From positions 2,240,001 through 2,304,000 of the forward strand of contig OX638351.1 in NCBI GenBank assembly GCA_951813565.1: a DNA stretch of 64,000 bases, given 5' to 3'. Under the pieces are notes generated by a model. The model was not told where the DNA came from, did not search any database, and was given only the letters and a program-made list of their open reading frames with translations. This DNA is from an uncultured Poribacteria bacterium. GTDB lineage: Bacteria > Poribacteria > WGA-4E > WGA-3G. The position numbers and the translations under genes were made by a program. Numbering within the stretch: position 1 is the first letter of the stretch; every line of letters begins with the position of its first letter. This document shows, piece by piece, positions 41,219 through 50,868 of this stretch.

Positions 41219-41515
41219 TTATCTTAGGAGTCCGCGGATGATCCATCGGATAACAAAGAAAACGATCCATATTCCAATAGCAACAGGACATCCTATTATG
41301 ATTGCAGCAAGGAAAAAGCTGATTATCGGATGAAAATCGGTAGGAAATTCAACCGTAATCCAAATACCAATTGCCAGAATTGAAACAATGGAAATAACGA
41401 TTGTGAGTCGTTTGAAAAATGTGTGCCAGTTATACTTCATTTCAACGATCTTACTCATTCTTTTATAAATTGAAAGAGATAGAGTTTGATAAATGGACTT
41501 ATGACACATTGGCAT
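41219..41515 (-). CDS. Small two-TM membrane protein
   Basis: Two hydrophobic helices. The true start is probably an internal Met. Confidence 0.55.
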   Translation of the reverse strand: MPMCHKSIYQTLSLSIYKRMSKIVEMKYNWHTFFKRLTIVISIVSILAIGIWITVEFPTDFHPIISFFLAAIIIGCPVAIGIWIVFFVIRWIIRGLLR

Positions 41516-41831
41516 TCACGTGGATGACTTGTCCGGGTTGCACGTCTCTGAGTACTTGATTTACTTCCAGCATAGCAGGTTGAATGTCCTGTAGTTTATT
41601 GCTTCTGGCAGAGATGATAATGACACCGATAGCGTATTTGCTGATGTTCTGTTGATATTCAAAGCCCTTATCCATTGTCACCAGCACATCAAACGTTTCT
41701 GCGGCTTTCTCAAGAAGTTCGCCATTTCGCTTTCCTTTCCACCCTTGTCGATCCACAGTTGTCACGTGGCAATCGGGATCAAAATATCGGACCAATCTCC
41801 AGTTTAAGTTTTCGTCAAGTGGAACACGCAT
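41499..41831 (-). CDS. DUF5615 PIN-like toxin (VapC45-like)
   Basis: LDENL, GWKG and LVTMDKGF. Lies directly after a DUF433 gene. Confidence 0.85.
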   Translation of the reverse strand: MRVPLDENLNWRLVRYFDPDCHVTTVDRQGWKGKRNGELLEKAAETFDVLVTMDKGFEYQQNISKYAIGVIIISARSNKLQDIQPAMLEVNQVLRDVQPGQVIHVNANVS

Positions 41832-42400
41832 GTGGGGTTGTCTTCCGATTTTATCGTGTTTAATGTCTCAAATACCGTTTCCAACGCGAACTCTAAAAAT
41901 GCGATTGCCTGCTCTCGCGACACAGAAGTGAACCCATCAAGAAAGTCATCAAGGCTCTCTCCTGCTTTTAGATGATCAATCAGCGACTTTATCGGCACCC
42001 GTGTACCGATAAACACTGGCTCGCCGCCGTGAATGTTGGGGTCTTGGTTTATCATTGCTTTGTATAAACGAAACGCAGTCCACTCGGTCCCTAAATTTTG
42101 CCGAGAACTATCAGAACCGCTTTTGTAGCACCGTGCTGGGGGACACACTTCTGACATAAGTGGAACATTTATCGCTTGAGATAACTTATCACTTATGTCT
42201 TTAATAACACTTCCGTCACGTTCCGTCCGCTCCATTTTGGGTTTTACTCGGACATATAGTTCATCATCTCTCACTCGCTCCAAAAAATCTTCTGACAATT
42301 TTTTAGACACCTGATCACTATATTCCAAGAATGGATAATCTTCTTTGAGAATACGCTCCAGTTCATTTACAACAAACGGGTTTTCGTGTAGTTTTTCCAT
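41804..42400 (-). CDS. DUF433 antitoxin with N-terminal extension
   Basis: DPNIHGGEPVFIGTRVP...GESLDDFL in the C-terminal 80 aa. Confidence 0.8.
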   Translation of the reverse strand: MEKLHENPFVVNELERILKEDYPFLEYSDQVSKKLSEDFLERVRDDELYVRVKPKMERTERDGSVIKDISDKLSQAINVPLMSEVCPPARCYKSGSDSSRQNLGTEWTAFRLYKAMINQDPNIHGGEPVFIGTRVPIKSLIDHLKAGESLDDFLDGFTSVSREQAIAFLEFALETVFETLNTIKSEDNPTCVFHLTKT

Positions 42401-42846
42401 TATTACACCTTGTGATATTCTTATGTGTCAGAATAGTAAAAAAGTGACTATAAATTGGATAGAGTTGATAAGTGTTATCAAATCCCAAATACAATTAGAG
42501 GATAACACCAATACACCAAAAAATCAAGTAAATAACTACAGTTGGTATTTCTCAAAAGCACTCAGAAGCTAATATCTATCAACGATCTCTCACTCTCAAT
42601 ATGAGGTTATGAAATGCTGATTGATATATCCTCAATGGACGCCCATTGGGTGAAAACTTAGCCTTATGAAATTGTCAATTTAATGGTTTTTTCAACGGAA
42701 AAATTAGCGGAATTATCATAATGGAGAACGCATTTCATGCCTGTATAGGTGTTTTGGACTGATGGTTATTGGGTTTAGAACAATTATGAGAAATCCCAAT
42801 AGAAAAACAAGTTTTTTATTTGAAATACGGCACTTCTACAAAAAAT

Positions 42847-42875
42847 TTGACTTTCTGCCCGTTCAGAAGTATAAT
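42847..42875 (+). promoter_or_regulatory. sigma70 promoter of tRNA-Leu(GAG)
   Basis: TTGACT-N17-TATAAT, 10 bp before the tRNA. Confidence 0.8.
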
Positions 42876-42885
42876 AATTTAAAAT

Positions 42886-42968
42886 GCCTCTGTGGTGGAA
42901 TTGGTATACACGGCAGGTTGAGGGCCTGTGCCTTAATTGGCGTGCTGGTTCGAGTCCAGTCGGAGGCA
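42886..42968 (+). tRNA. tRNA-Leu(GAG), CCA not encoded
   Basis: GCCTCTG/CGGAGGC acceptor stem, GCAGG-TTGAGGG-CCTGT anticodon arm, variable arm, GGTTCGAGTCC. Confidence 0.93.
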
Positions 42969-42996
42969 TCCTTTCCAGATTTATCCATAATAAGAC

Positions 42997-43032
42997 GTCC
43001 AAAGGGACAGATGGTTCCATACCCCTTTGGAC
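42997..43032 (+). terminator. Hairpin downstream of the tRNA
   Basis: GTCCAAAGGG...CCCTTTGGAC stem. Confidence 0.55.
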
Positions 43033-43205
43033 ATGGCTAAACAATCAGTTGATGCGTGAGAGTTAGCACGTATCAACTCTTTTATTTTATAGTAAATTAT
43101 GTAAATAAGTTCACATATATTCTGTAGGAGCGATCTCCGAATCGCGACCTTTACCCGCAAAATTTCGGTAGACACTCCACTAGGGCAGAAACTATCCAAG
43201 GATGA

Positions 43206-43682
43206 CACCTTGAGGGAACATTTAATCTGCTGCTTGAATATCCAACTATTGGTAGGTTCTTAGCATACCAATATGCTATTAACTTAAACTACAGCCCGCT
43301 CCTCAATGCGTCCGAGGGAGAATTCATCGTTCATGGTCCTGGAGCGAAAAAGGGAATAAGGAAATGCTTTAGGGACCTACGTGGTTTGACAGAGGCTGAT
43401 ATTATAAGGTTCGTGACTGATCGCCAGGAACTTGAGTTTGAACGACGAGGTATCTCGTTTAAATCCTTATGGGGCAGAAGACTTCAAATGATAGATTGCC
43501 AGAATCTATTCTGCGAAGTGAACAAATATGCGCGTGTTAAGTTTCCAGAATACAATAGACCAGATGGAAGACACAGAATCAAGCAACGATATAGAATCAA
43601 CTCTGACCGCTTGGATTATTGGTATCCGCCCAAGTGGGGCATCAATGAAAAAATCCATCGCGAAATAAAAGACAATAGATAA
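43206..43682 (+). pseudogene. 3' fragment of an aGPT-Pplase1-like DNA base hypermodification protein
   Basis: The frame extends upstream of the called ORF: YPTIGRFLAYQYAINLNYS, GPGAKKGIRKCF, IDCQNLFCEVNKY, YPPKWG. There is no N-terminal half. Confidence 0.7.
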
Positions 43683-43705
43683 CCGATGGGTAACCAGCAT
43701 CTTTC

Positions 43706-45775
43706 TTACCACTGGTTCGCTGGCGCCATCTTCCAACCCGTTACGTCTGCCTTGATGTCTCCACCTATACTGTAAAGGCATATTCCAACATCTTCTGGTT
43801 TATGCAGTTGTCTGTGTACGACTGCCTGTCGTTCATTGATAAAGACTTCCACGAGCGGCCTGTCAAGGAATATCCGTAAATTCAAATCCTCTCCTGCTTT
43901 CAACGCAAATGGCGCGTCGCAATATGGGTGTGAACTACCATAGGGCTTTTCCTCTTCTTTACCATCACCTATTGAAACCATCTTCTTCTCTGCTGAGTAG
44001 AAGATCTCCATCCCATTCCGGTTGTCTTTGTCACAGAACACTTTTATGCCGTAGTCCTTCGCCTCGGTTGGTTTGATGCTGACATTCAATTCAACCGTAT
44101 CGCCTGAGATTTCCTTCAACCTGTATTCTTCGCCGTTTTTGACAACAATGTTGTTTTCAACCGTTTCGTTATAGCGGAGACACTCAAGCTCGCGAACCGG
44201 TTTAATACGCACAATCCCGTCATCAGGTAGGCTCAACTCCCAGGGCAATGAGAACGCACAACTCCATAAAGTGTTGCCAAGGTTAGACAGTAGATTGGTA
44301 ATGACGACTCTGCGTCCGTCTGGTGTCAGAAAGGTCTTAGGTGCCCAATAGATAGGTATGCCGCGATAATTGTATGTCCAGCTCATTTTGGTATGAAACT
44401 CAGGCGTGAACTTGTTATCCTTCCATTCACCCAGATAGTACCGAGCACCCCAACCATGACTGATCAGCAGCATCATGTGCTTGTTGCCGAGTTTAAAGAA
44501 ATCGGTGCAGGAATGATCGTGTTGTTCAAGTCCCGGTAACTCTTTCGTCATAAATTGACCGAGAAACTCCCATTTCTCAAAGTCTTTTGAGCGCATGAGT
44601 GTTGTTCTTTTATACCAATTCCCTAATCCTGGTCGTGTATCCTCCATTGGGTGATCACCAGTAAAAATGTAGTAATAATCTCCCTCCACCCAAGCAGTTG
44701 GATCCCAAAATGTCCAATAATCAGCATCACGTGCCTCTTGCGGCACATCAATCTCTATCGGTTTTGACCAGTTCTCCAAATGCTCATCTGATGCTTCTAT
44801 GTATGTTGCACGACCACCGAATATGCCGACAAAGATAACTTTCTTGCCGTCTTTGGTGATAATCGTACCGCCCGTACCACAACCGCCGCTGCCTAAAGCA
44901 CAGTCGCCGCGCCGCCGCCAATGGACAAGGTCTGTGCTGGTAAAGTGACCGAAAGCGTGTTCGTCACCCTTATACATATAACCGAAATGATACTGCCCTT
45001 TCCAATGAATCATGAAATTCGGGTCGAAAGGATAGTTCCTTTCGGAATCGCCATCGGAATTCACCAGGTGATACGTTGGGCGACTCGGGTCATGCATCAG
45101 CCGTTGACGAAAATCCCGAGCGATACGGACTGCTTCGCTGTCCATAGAGTATATGTATCTGTCGTCTCGGTCGAAAACAATATAACTATCATCTTCATTC
45201 AGTTTTATCGCGGCATGGTTTCTAATCTCGGGAAATTTTCCTGCCTGATCTACCCACCAATCATCTTTTGAGAAATCGAGCCAACTGTACGGTTGAATTC
45301 CCGATGGTGTGTTTGGTCTTAGGTCCTTAAGCTGCTCTTGCGTCAAAGCCTGTGCATAAATCCTGACGTCTTTGACCTTTCCCTTGAATGATGTGGCATA
45401 GTTAGGATTTAGATCGACCGAACCGATTACCAGTTGTAGATAGGGGCTGTTCAGAAAATCAAACGGTTCTGCAATGGTATAGTCGACGTACACTTCCCCA
45501 TCGCGGTAAATGGTGACCGAGTTGTCCTTGTAGACGGCAGCCATCATCATGAACTGTCCGAGTACAATTTCTTGTGCCGGATTTTGCGCGAGTTGTTCGG
45601 GGGTTTGCGTCCGAGTGTTATCATCGCTGGCAGTGGACCACTTCCCTGGAACATCCTCTCCAAAAGCAAGCGCATCATACTTGTCTGCCGCCTGCACGGT
45701 AATCACGCTGCAGTTTTTGGGTGCTTCCTCATCAAAGCAGAACCAGCTTACGAGCGTCTTGTTCGTCGTGAACAT
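43706..45775 (-). CDS. GH32-like glycoside hydrolase with N-terminal LamG domain
   Basis: RPTYH, FDPN, STDLVHW, WDP, SLPWEL and VEVFIN. RBS before MFTTNK. Confidence 0.85.
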   Translation of the reverse strand: MFTTNKTLVSWFCFDEEAPKNCSVITVQAADKYDALAFGEDVPGKWSTASDDNTRTQTPEQLAQNPAQEIVLGQFMMMAAVYKDNSVTIYRDGEVYVDYTIAEPFDFLNSPYLQLVIGSVDLNPNYATSFKGKVKDVRIYAQALTQEQLKDLRPNTPSGIQPYSWLDFSKDDWWVDQAGKFPEIRNHAAIKLNEDDSYIVFDRDDRYIYSMDSEAVRIARDFRQRLMHDPSRPTYHLVNSDGDSERNYPFDPNFMIHWKGQYHFGYMYKGDEHAFGHFTSTDLVHWRRRGDCALGSGGCGTGGTIITKDGKKVIFVGIFGGRATYIEASDEHLENWSKPIEIDVPQEARDADYWTFWDPTAWVEGDYYYIFTGDHPMEDTRPGLGNWYKRTTLMRSKDFEKWEFLGQFMTKELPGLEQHDHSCTDFFKLGNKHMMLLISHGWGARYYLGEWKDNKFTPEFHTKMSWTYNYRGIPIYWAPKTFLTPDGRRVVITNLLSNLGNTLWSCAFSLPWELSLPDDGIVRIKPVRELECLRYNETVENNIVVKNGEEYRLKEISGDTVELNVSIKPTEAKDYGIKVFCDKDNRNGMEIFYSAEKKMVSIGDGKEEEKPYGSSHPYCDAPFALKAGEDLNLRIFLDRPLVEVFINERQAVVHRQLHKPEDVGICLYSIGGDIKADVTGWKMAPANQW

Positions 45776-45794
45776 TAGATACCTACCTTTCAGT

Positions 45795-47534
45795 CTATTC
45801 CCGTTTTTCCCCCGGTTTTCGATACTTTGATGAATAACTATCCCCTTCCGGATCGTAAGAAACGGATACTTGTCCATCTTCCACAACTAATCTCGGTACC
45901 GTACGGTGACGACCATCCCGTTCAGGTCCTCGCATTACAGCGAACTGTTCCTCAGTCATATCTTCAACCATATCACCCCATCGGTCTTGCGGATCAACCA
46001 CACCACCGCCCCAATTAACATTCTTCGACTGATACTTAATCAATACACCACGTCTTGGGATTGGATTCTTCCATGCCAAGGCACCGTGTGTACAACCACC
46101 ATCCATAAAGAACAATACATCTCCTGCCTTCATAACAGGTTGTACCACCAAACCCATCGTGTCATCACACGTCCGGATTCCGCGGGGCATTGAGTACTGT
46201 GTCTTATGAGAACCGGGTACACATGCAAAACCACCCAGTCCCGGCTCAACATCGCGTAATTGCCATGTAATCGTGACAGTCTCAGCATAACTGCGTCCAT
46301 TCTTAAAATAATAACCGCGTGATGGCGTCATCGGTTCATTTCCATCGTGTAGTGCATGCCCCGATGTTCCTTGAACTGCACAGAAAACGGTCGCGCCACC
46401 TGTGCGATAGCCGCTACCCCCCATCCAATTCAATCGCTGTACCACAGCGGGATGTGCAATCATGCGCCGAAATGGTGCGTTATAGGGATCAGGTAGGTCT
46501 AACAAGCCTGACAGGAGTGGGCGACCTGTGCCTGCTTGACTCACCGACCCACCTGCCAGTTCACTACCTACTACGATACGATCTTGGAATTTATCCACCG
46601 CTTCATTGGCTTCTGCAAGCCACTGCTTGTCCATTACGCCGCGCACCACCAGATACCCATTCAGATCCCAAAAGTAAAACTCTTTTTCATCAATGCCTGA
46701 ATCCGGGTCGCGGATATAAATTGATGGGTGAATGACAGGCGAGTCTTCCTCTACCCACGTCTCTTTGCCATCAGTGTTTATCACAGGTGGCGGATTTGAA
46801 CCCTTAAACCCAGGTCTATACAAAATCGCCTTTTGCGCAGGCGTTGCTTCGTCTGCCCATCCGGGCAAAGCCTCGGTTTCTGAGTGAGGCCCAGGTGGAT
46901 TGGACTGAATGGCTGCACGTGCAGCATACGAATAAGTCAACAACCTTTTCGGTTTGTCTTTCCACGGCCGCACACCTTGTAGCGTAGGTGCTGCGACTAA
47001 AAACAGATCGCCCGCCTTTAGTGCCGGTTGTAGCACCAACCCCATGTCATCAACGCCGGTCGCCAAATCATCGGGCGTTTCAACATTGCTCTTATGGCTT
47101 GCCTGAACGACAACCAATCCACCGTCCCCTTCTGAGACATCTTCCAATGCCCAGATCGCCTTCACGCCTTGGCAACGCCTACGACCGTTTTGTTGACGAT
47201 ATGCCAAAGACGGATTTCTCGGTTCATCGCCACCGACAAGTGTTGTCCCAATTCCACTATCTCGCTGTCCTAACAATAGAGGGGCTTGATCAAGTCGGAA
47301 TCCGTGTCCCACGATCTGGTTCAAATACCACACTAATTTAGGGTGTACCAGTAGGTCGCGGAACAATTCGCGGTGCGGACTGTCTCCACCTAACAGCGTC
47401 TCACTCTCTCCAATTGCATCCAATGCCTCATTCAGTGCTGCTACTTCTTCTTGACTGAGAACGTCCGGAATGTGTAAGTAACCTGCCACATCAAAAGCAT
47501 AATTCTCTTCATTACTCATTACTTCGTTATCCAT
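45795..47534 (-). CDS. Tandem two-domain PhyH-family protein
   Basis: Two repeats of (F/W)DxxGYL...W.L.DV..G.GG...SHK...AGD. GGAGG RBS. Confidence 0.88.
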   Translation of the reverse strand: MDNEVMSNEENYAFDVAGYLHIPDVLSQEEVAALNEALDAIGESETLLGGDSPHRELFRDLLVHPKLVWYLNQIVGHGFRLDQAPLLLGQRDSGIGTTLVGGDEPRNPSLAYRQQNGRRRCQGVKAIWALEDVSEGDGGLVVVQASHKSNVETPDDLATGVDDMGLVLQPALKAGDLFLVAAPTLQGVRPWKDKPKRLLTYSYAARAAIQSNPPGPHSETEALPGWADEATPAQKAILYRPGFKGSNPPPVINTDGKETWVEEDSPVIHPSIYIRDPDSGIDEKEFYFWDLNGYLVVRGVMDKQWLAEANEAVDKFQDRIVVGSELAGGSVSQAGTGRPLLSGLLDLPDPYNAPFRRMIAHPAVVQRLNWMGGSGYRTGGATVFCAVQGTSGHALHDGNEPMTPSRGYYFKNGRSYAETVTITWQLRDVEPGLGGFACVPGSHKTQYSMPRGIRTCDDTMGLVVQPVMKAGDVLFFMDGGCTHGALAWKNPIPRRGVLIKYQSKNVNWGGGVVDPQDRWGDMVEDMTEEQFAVMRGPERDGRHRTVPRLVVEDGQVSVSYDPEGDSYSSKYRKPGEKRE

Positions 47535-47884
47535 TTGTCCCTCCTGGATATGCCGTGACTATCTCCCAATTGTTGCTTATTATACCAATTGCTTACTTGA
47601 TGGTCAACCAGAATCAAGGGTTAATTCAATGGAATTCAGTTTTCAGTTTTTCAAATCTAAAAGCACAAAATAGCACCTAAAATGTTTAAAAAGAGGCGCA
47701 ATAAATTACGCGACCACAAACGCGTCTGTTATTAAATCGGACTTACAAGTCCTCCAACAAGAAAGATAACATGGTCAATGTCAAAATATTTATACACCCT
47801 GACAAATCCTTTTTAATTGCACTCTGTTTCCAATCGTGCTAAAATGGCACGAGATTGCCAAAAGAACCAAGAGAATAATATGCT

Positions 47885-48841
47885 ATGAAACACACTGATT
47901 TTATTCAAGCACTATCCACAGATGATCTGGATGCCATAAGAGCAGCACCTAAAACTGACATTCACTGTCACGCTTTCCTTAGCACACGATTAAAAAATTT
48001 GGAACATTGGTTAGGATTTTCCCTCACGAGACCTCCAAGAAAAATGAGAGGTCTTGAGGAGATGATGGAATATGTTATCACAGTTTTAGCACCCCACCAG
48101 AAATCGCGTGAAGGTTTTGAATTTGTTTCCACATCCGGAATAAACGATGCCATACAGGATGGTGTTGTTGGCCTTGAGATGAGTTTTGACATTATGATGA
48201 CAAGGTTTTATGCAGATGGGTTGGTTGGGGTAAAAGCGTTTATTGAAGTGTTAGTTGAGAGATATAGACCGAAAATTAATCTACGACCAGAATTGGGTTT
48301 TGCGCGGGAATGTGCTGACGATCAAGAATGGATGGAGTTGGCGCATGAAGCAATAGAATTAGGTGTGTTTAAGTCAATTGATCTTTATAGCCACCAAGAA
48401 GCATGTCCACCAGAAGCGGTGAAATCTTTATACGCTAAGGCGCGCGCTGCAGGAATGAAACTGAAAGCACATGTTGGAGAATTCGGGGGCGCGGAAGAGG
48501 TGCGGAGAACTGTTGAAGTTCTTGACTTAGACGAAGTTCAGCATGGTATTGGTGCCGCGGAATCGGTTGAAATTATGCAATGGCTTTCCAAAAACCGAAT
48601 TCAATTAAATGTGTGTCCTACGAGCAACGTGATGTTGGGAGGTGTAGAGGATTTAGCCTTGCATCCTATCCGTATCTTATTTGACAACGGTGTGCCTGTG
48701 ACTATCAACACAGACGATCTGATGATATTTGGTCAAAGTGTTTCCGAAGAATATCGAAATCTCTACCAAGCAAGCGTTTTCAGTGCGCAAGAACTGGACG
48801 ATATCCGATGCGCCTCACTTTACAGTTTCGTCATGGAGTGA
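47885..48841 (+). CDS. Adenosine deaminase family protein
   Basis: DIHCH, AHVGE, QHG, CPTSN and NTDD. Confidence 0.9.
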   Translation: MKHTDFIQALSTDDLDAIRAAPKTDIHCHAFLSTRLKNLEHWLGFSLTRPPRKMRGLEEMMEYVITVLAPHQKSREGFEFVSTSGINDAIQDGVVGLEMSFDIMMTRFYADGLVGVKAFIEVLVERYRPKINLRPELGFARECADDQEWMELAHEAIELGVFKSIDLYSHQEACPPEAVKSLYAKARAAGMKLKAHVGEFGGAEEVRRTVEVLDLDEVQHGIGAAESVEIMQWLSKNRIQLNVCPTSNVMLGGVEDLALHPIRILFDNGVPVTINTDDLMIFGQSVSEEYRNLYQASVFSAQELDDIRCASLYSFVME

Positions 48842-48844
48842 TCT

Positions 48845-49564
48845 ATGGGAGGCAAACTATGTATTATGACTGCTTACGCGGACGAAACCTTAAAACTCCT
48901 CAATGCTTTGGGACGAGACGTGAGTGATTCAATTGACTGGAATGGTAGATTACAGTTTGAGTGTTGCTACGAAGACAAACAGTGGGTCATCATGCAGTCG
49001 GGTATGGGTAAAGTCCGCGCAGCGTCAATGTGTCAAATGATAATAGACAAGTATCAGGTGGATACCTTCTTTGAGTTCGGATTTGCTGGTGGATTAGTCG
49101 AGACTTTGGCAATTGGAGACATTATCGTGATTAACGGTGTCTCTGAACATGACGTTCCGAATAGGGCAGAGATTCAACGTGAGCAAGATGTATGGAGGAC
49201 ACGCCTTTTTCATGCGTCCTCTTCTTCAATACACAGGTTCGCAACGATTTTATCAGCAAATTCCTATATTACTTTTACGACATCACCCGTAATTTGTGGA
49301 GATATGGACATATATGATCGTGAAGTGAGGGACAGGATTGCTAAGGAAAGTGGTGCCGTAGCCGTCAATTGGGAATCGGCAGCAATTGTGGATGTCTGCG
49401 CAATTAATAACGTCAAATATATCGGTATCCGCATCATATCTAACCTGTCTGTTGAAGAAGATAGTGGACCCATTTCCAATAAGAGGATTGAACGCTTGCG
49501 CCAATCCACAACCGCTTACGTGAATGCTTTAGCAAACTTCAACGGAACTAAAGTTAATATCTAA
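48845..49564 (+). CDS. MTA/SAH nucleosidase-like protein (PNP_UDP family)
   Basis: SGMGKV, GFAGG, NWESAA and IRIISN. Confidence 0.85.
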   Translation: MGGKLCIMTAYADETLKLLNALGRDVSDSIDWNGRLQFECCYEDKQWVIMQSGMGKVRAASMCQMIIDKYQVDTFFEFGFAGGLVETLAIGDIIVINGVSEHDVPNRAEIQREQDVWRTRLFHASSSSIHRFATILSANSYITFTTSPVICGDMDIYDREVRDRIAKESGAVAVNWESAAIVDVCAINNVKYIGIRIISNLSVEEDSGPISNKRIERLRQSTTAYVNALANFNGTKVNI

Positions 49565-49668
49565 AATCCCATTTATAAGCACATTTGCTAAAGAATCCGC
49601 AAATATATACGTGGGAAAAGCAAATTGGTTAAATAACAAATCTTAAGAACGGTAGAAGAGGGAAATGA

Positions 49669-49850
49669 GTCATAGCACCCACAGCGTAAACGCTGGGGCT
49701 TGTGCTTCGTAGCAGTTAGCGTTGTTCTCCGAAGAGAACACCCGTCTCACATCTGCTCCACAAGGGGTTCTAAGCAGCCCCGAAGTATATTGATAGCAGC
49801 GTTTATATCTCTATCGTGGTGTGAACCACATTCATTGCATATCCACTGCC
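49669..49850 (-). ncRNA. Predicted TnpB omega/reRNA scaffold (5' boundary uncertain)
   Basis: Position at the right end, overlapping the tnpB 3' end as established for TnpB. Terminal hairpin present. Confidence 0.55.
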
Positions 49851-50868
49851 TATCTGCAAGAGAAAGATTATTGTTAGAATGTCCGCAGTTGCTACAAGGT
49901 TTTGTTGTAGGTGACCACTGTCCGACTTGATGGCATGCACGATTATGTTTGAAACATTTGAACTTCACAATCTGAACAAACTGATAGAAACCGAGGTCGG
50001 AGACTTTACGTCCCCAGAGTCTTTTCATTCCGTCAAGGTTGAGCGTTTCGGTGACGATAATGTCAAAGCGTCTGCAAAGGTCTGTAGCAAGTTTCCAGTG
50101 CCAATCTCTGCGTTGGTTGCTAACTTTGATATAGAGCCGTGTGAGTTGTCTGATAGCACGATACCAGTTGTTAGACCCCTTGACTTTGCGACTAAGGGAC
50201 TTATTCAGTTTGCGAAGTTGTTTCAAAGATTGTTTATGGAACTGCGGAGACTCTATTTTTTCACCAGTGCTGATTGTCAGAAAAGTTTTCAACCCGAAGT
50301 CTATCCCCACGTTCTCACTTGTGGCGGGCAAAACTTCTTGGGTTGTATCATCGGTGACAATATAGAGCCAGTACTCACCCGCACTATCGCGAAGGATTTG
50401 GATATATCGGACATCTCCGTGCCAATCCCGGTGTTGGTGAAAAGAAAACCAGATTTTACCATATTTCAAGGACTGTGTGTGTGCGTCCCACGATTTGAAG
50501 GAAATACGCACACGCCCATTTTCAAGTTTGTAGCCTGTTTGGAACTTAGCAGAACGGTATCTATGTTTTCGCTTCGGTTTCGGATGACCGCCTTGACCAG
50601 CAAAGAAACGTTGGTATGCGTCATGGATACGGATAATCGCAGCGTCAAGGGTGTCACGAGGTATCCAAGCCCAATGTTTATGGGTACGTTTCAGCAACTT
50701 GGTAAGATGCGGTTGCAACTTGTATCTACCAGCATATTTGCCGTAGATGCGGTAATATCGCTTTTCCAAACGCAAAAAGTGGTTATGCACATCACAAAGA
50801 TCATCAAGCAGGTTGCCGAAGCGTTTATTCTTTGGATGGTTGCGTCCTTTGTATTTGTAGGTTCGCAT
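49747..50868 (-). CDS. tnpB: RNA-guided endonuclease TnpB
   Basis: RuvC D-E-D (GIDFGLK, VTETLN, DRDINAAINI) and CSNC/CNEC zinc finger all intact. Confidence 0.95.
   Translation of the reverse strand: MRTYKYKGRNHPKNKRFGNLLDDLCDVHNHFLRLEKRYYRIYGKYAGRYKLQPHLTKLLKRTHKHWAWIPRDTLDAAIIRIHDAYQRFFAGQGGHPKPKRKHRYRSAKFQTGYKLENGRVRISFKSWDAHTQSLKYGKIWFSFHQHRDWHGDVRYIQILRDSAGEYWLYIVTDDTTQEVLPATSENVGIDFGLKTFLTISTGEKIESPQFHKQSLKQLRKLNKSLSRKVKGSNNWYRAIRQLTRLYIKVSNQRRDWHWKLATDLCRRFDIIVTETLNLDGMKRLWGRKVSDLGFYQFVQIVKFKCFKHNRACHQVGQWSPTTKPCSNCGHSNNNLSLADRQWICNECGSHHDRDINAAINILRGCLEPLVEQM

Noticed and set aside
45776..45886. Overlap of the GH32-like ORF with the tandem PhyH gene
   Set aside because: An artefact of an upstream alternative start. 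The RBS supports 45775.
47846..47860. TGGCACGAGATTGC as a sigma54 promoter
   Set aside because: GG-to-GC spacing is 9 nt, not the required 10.
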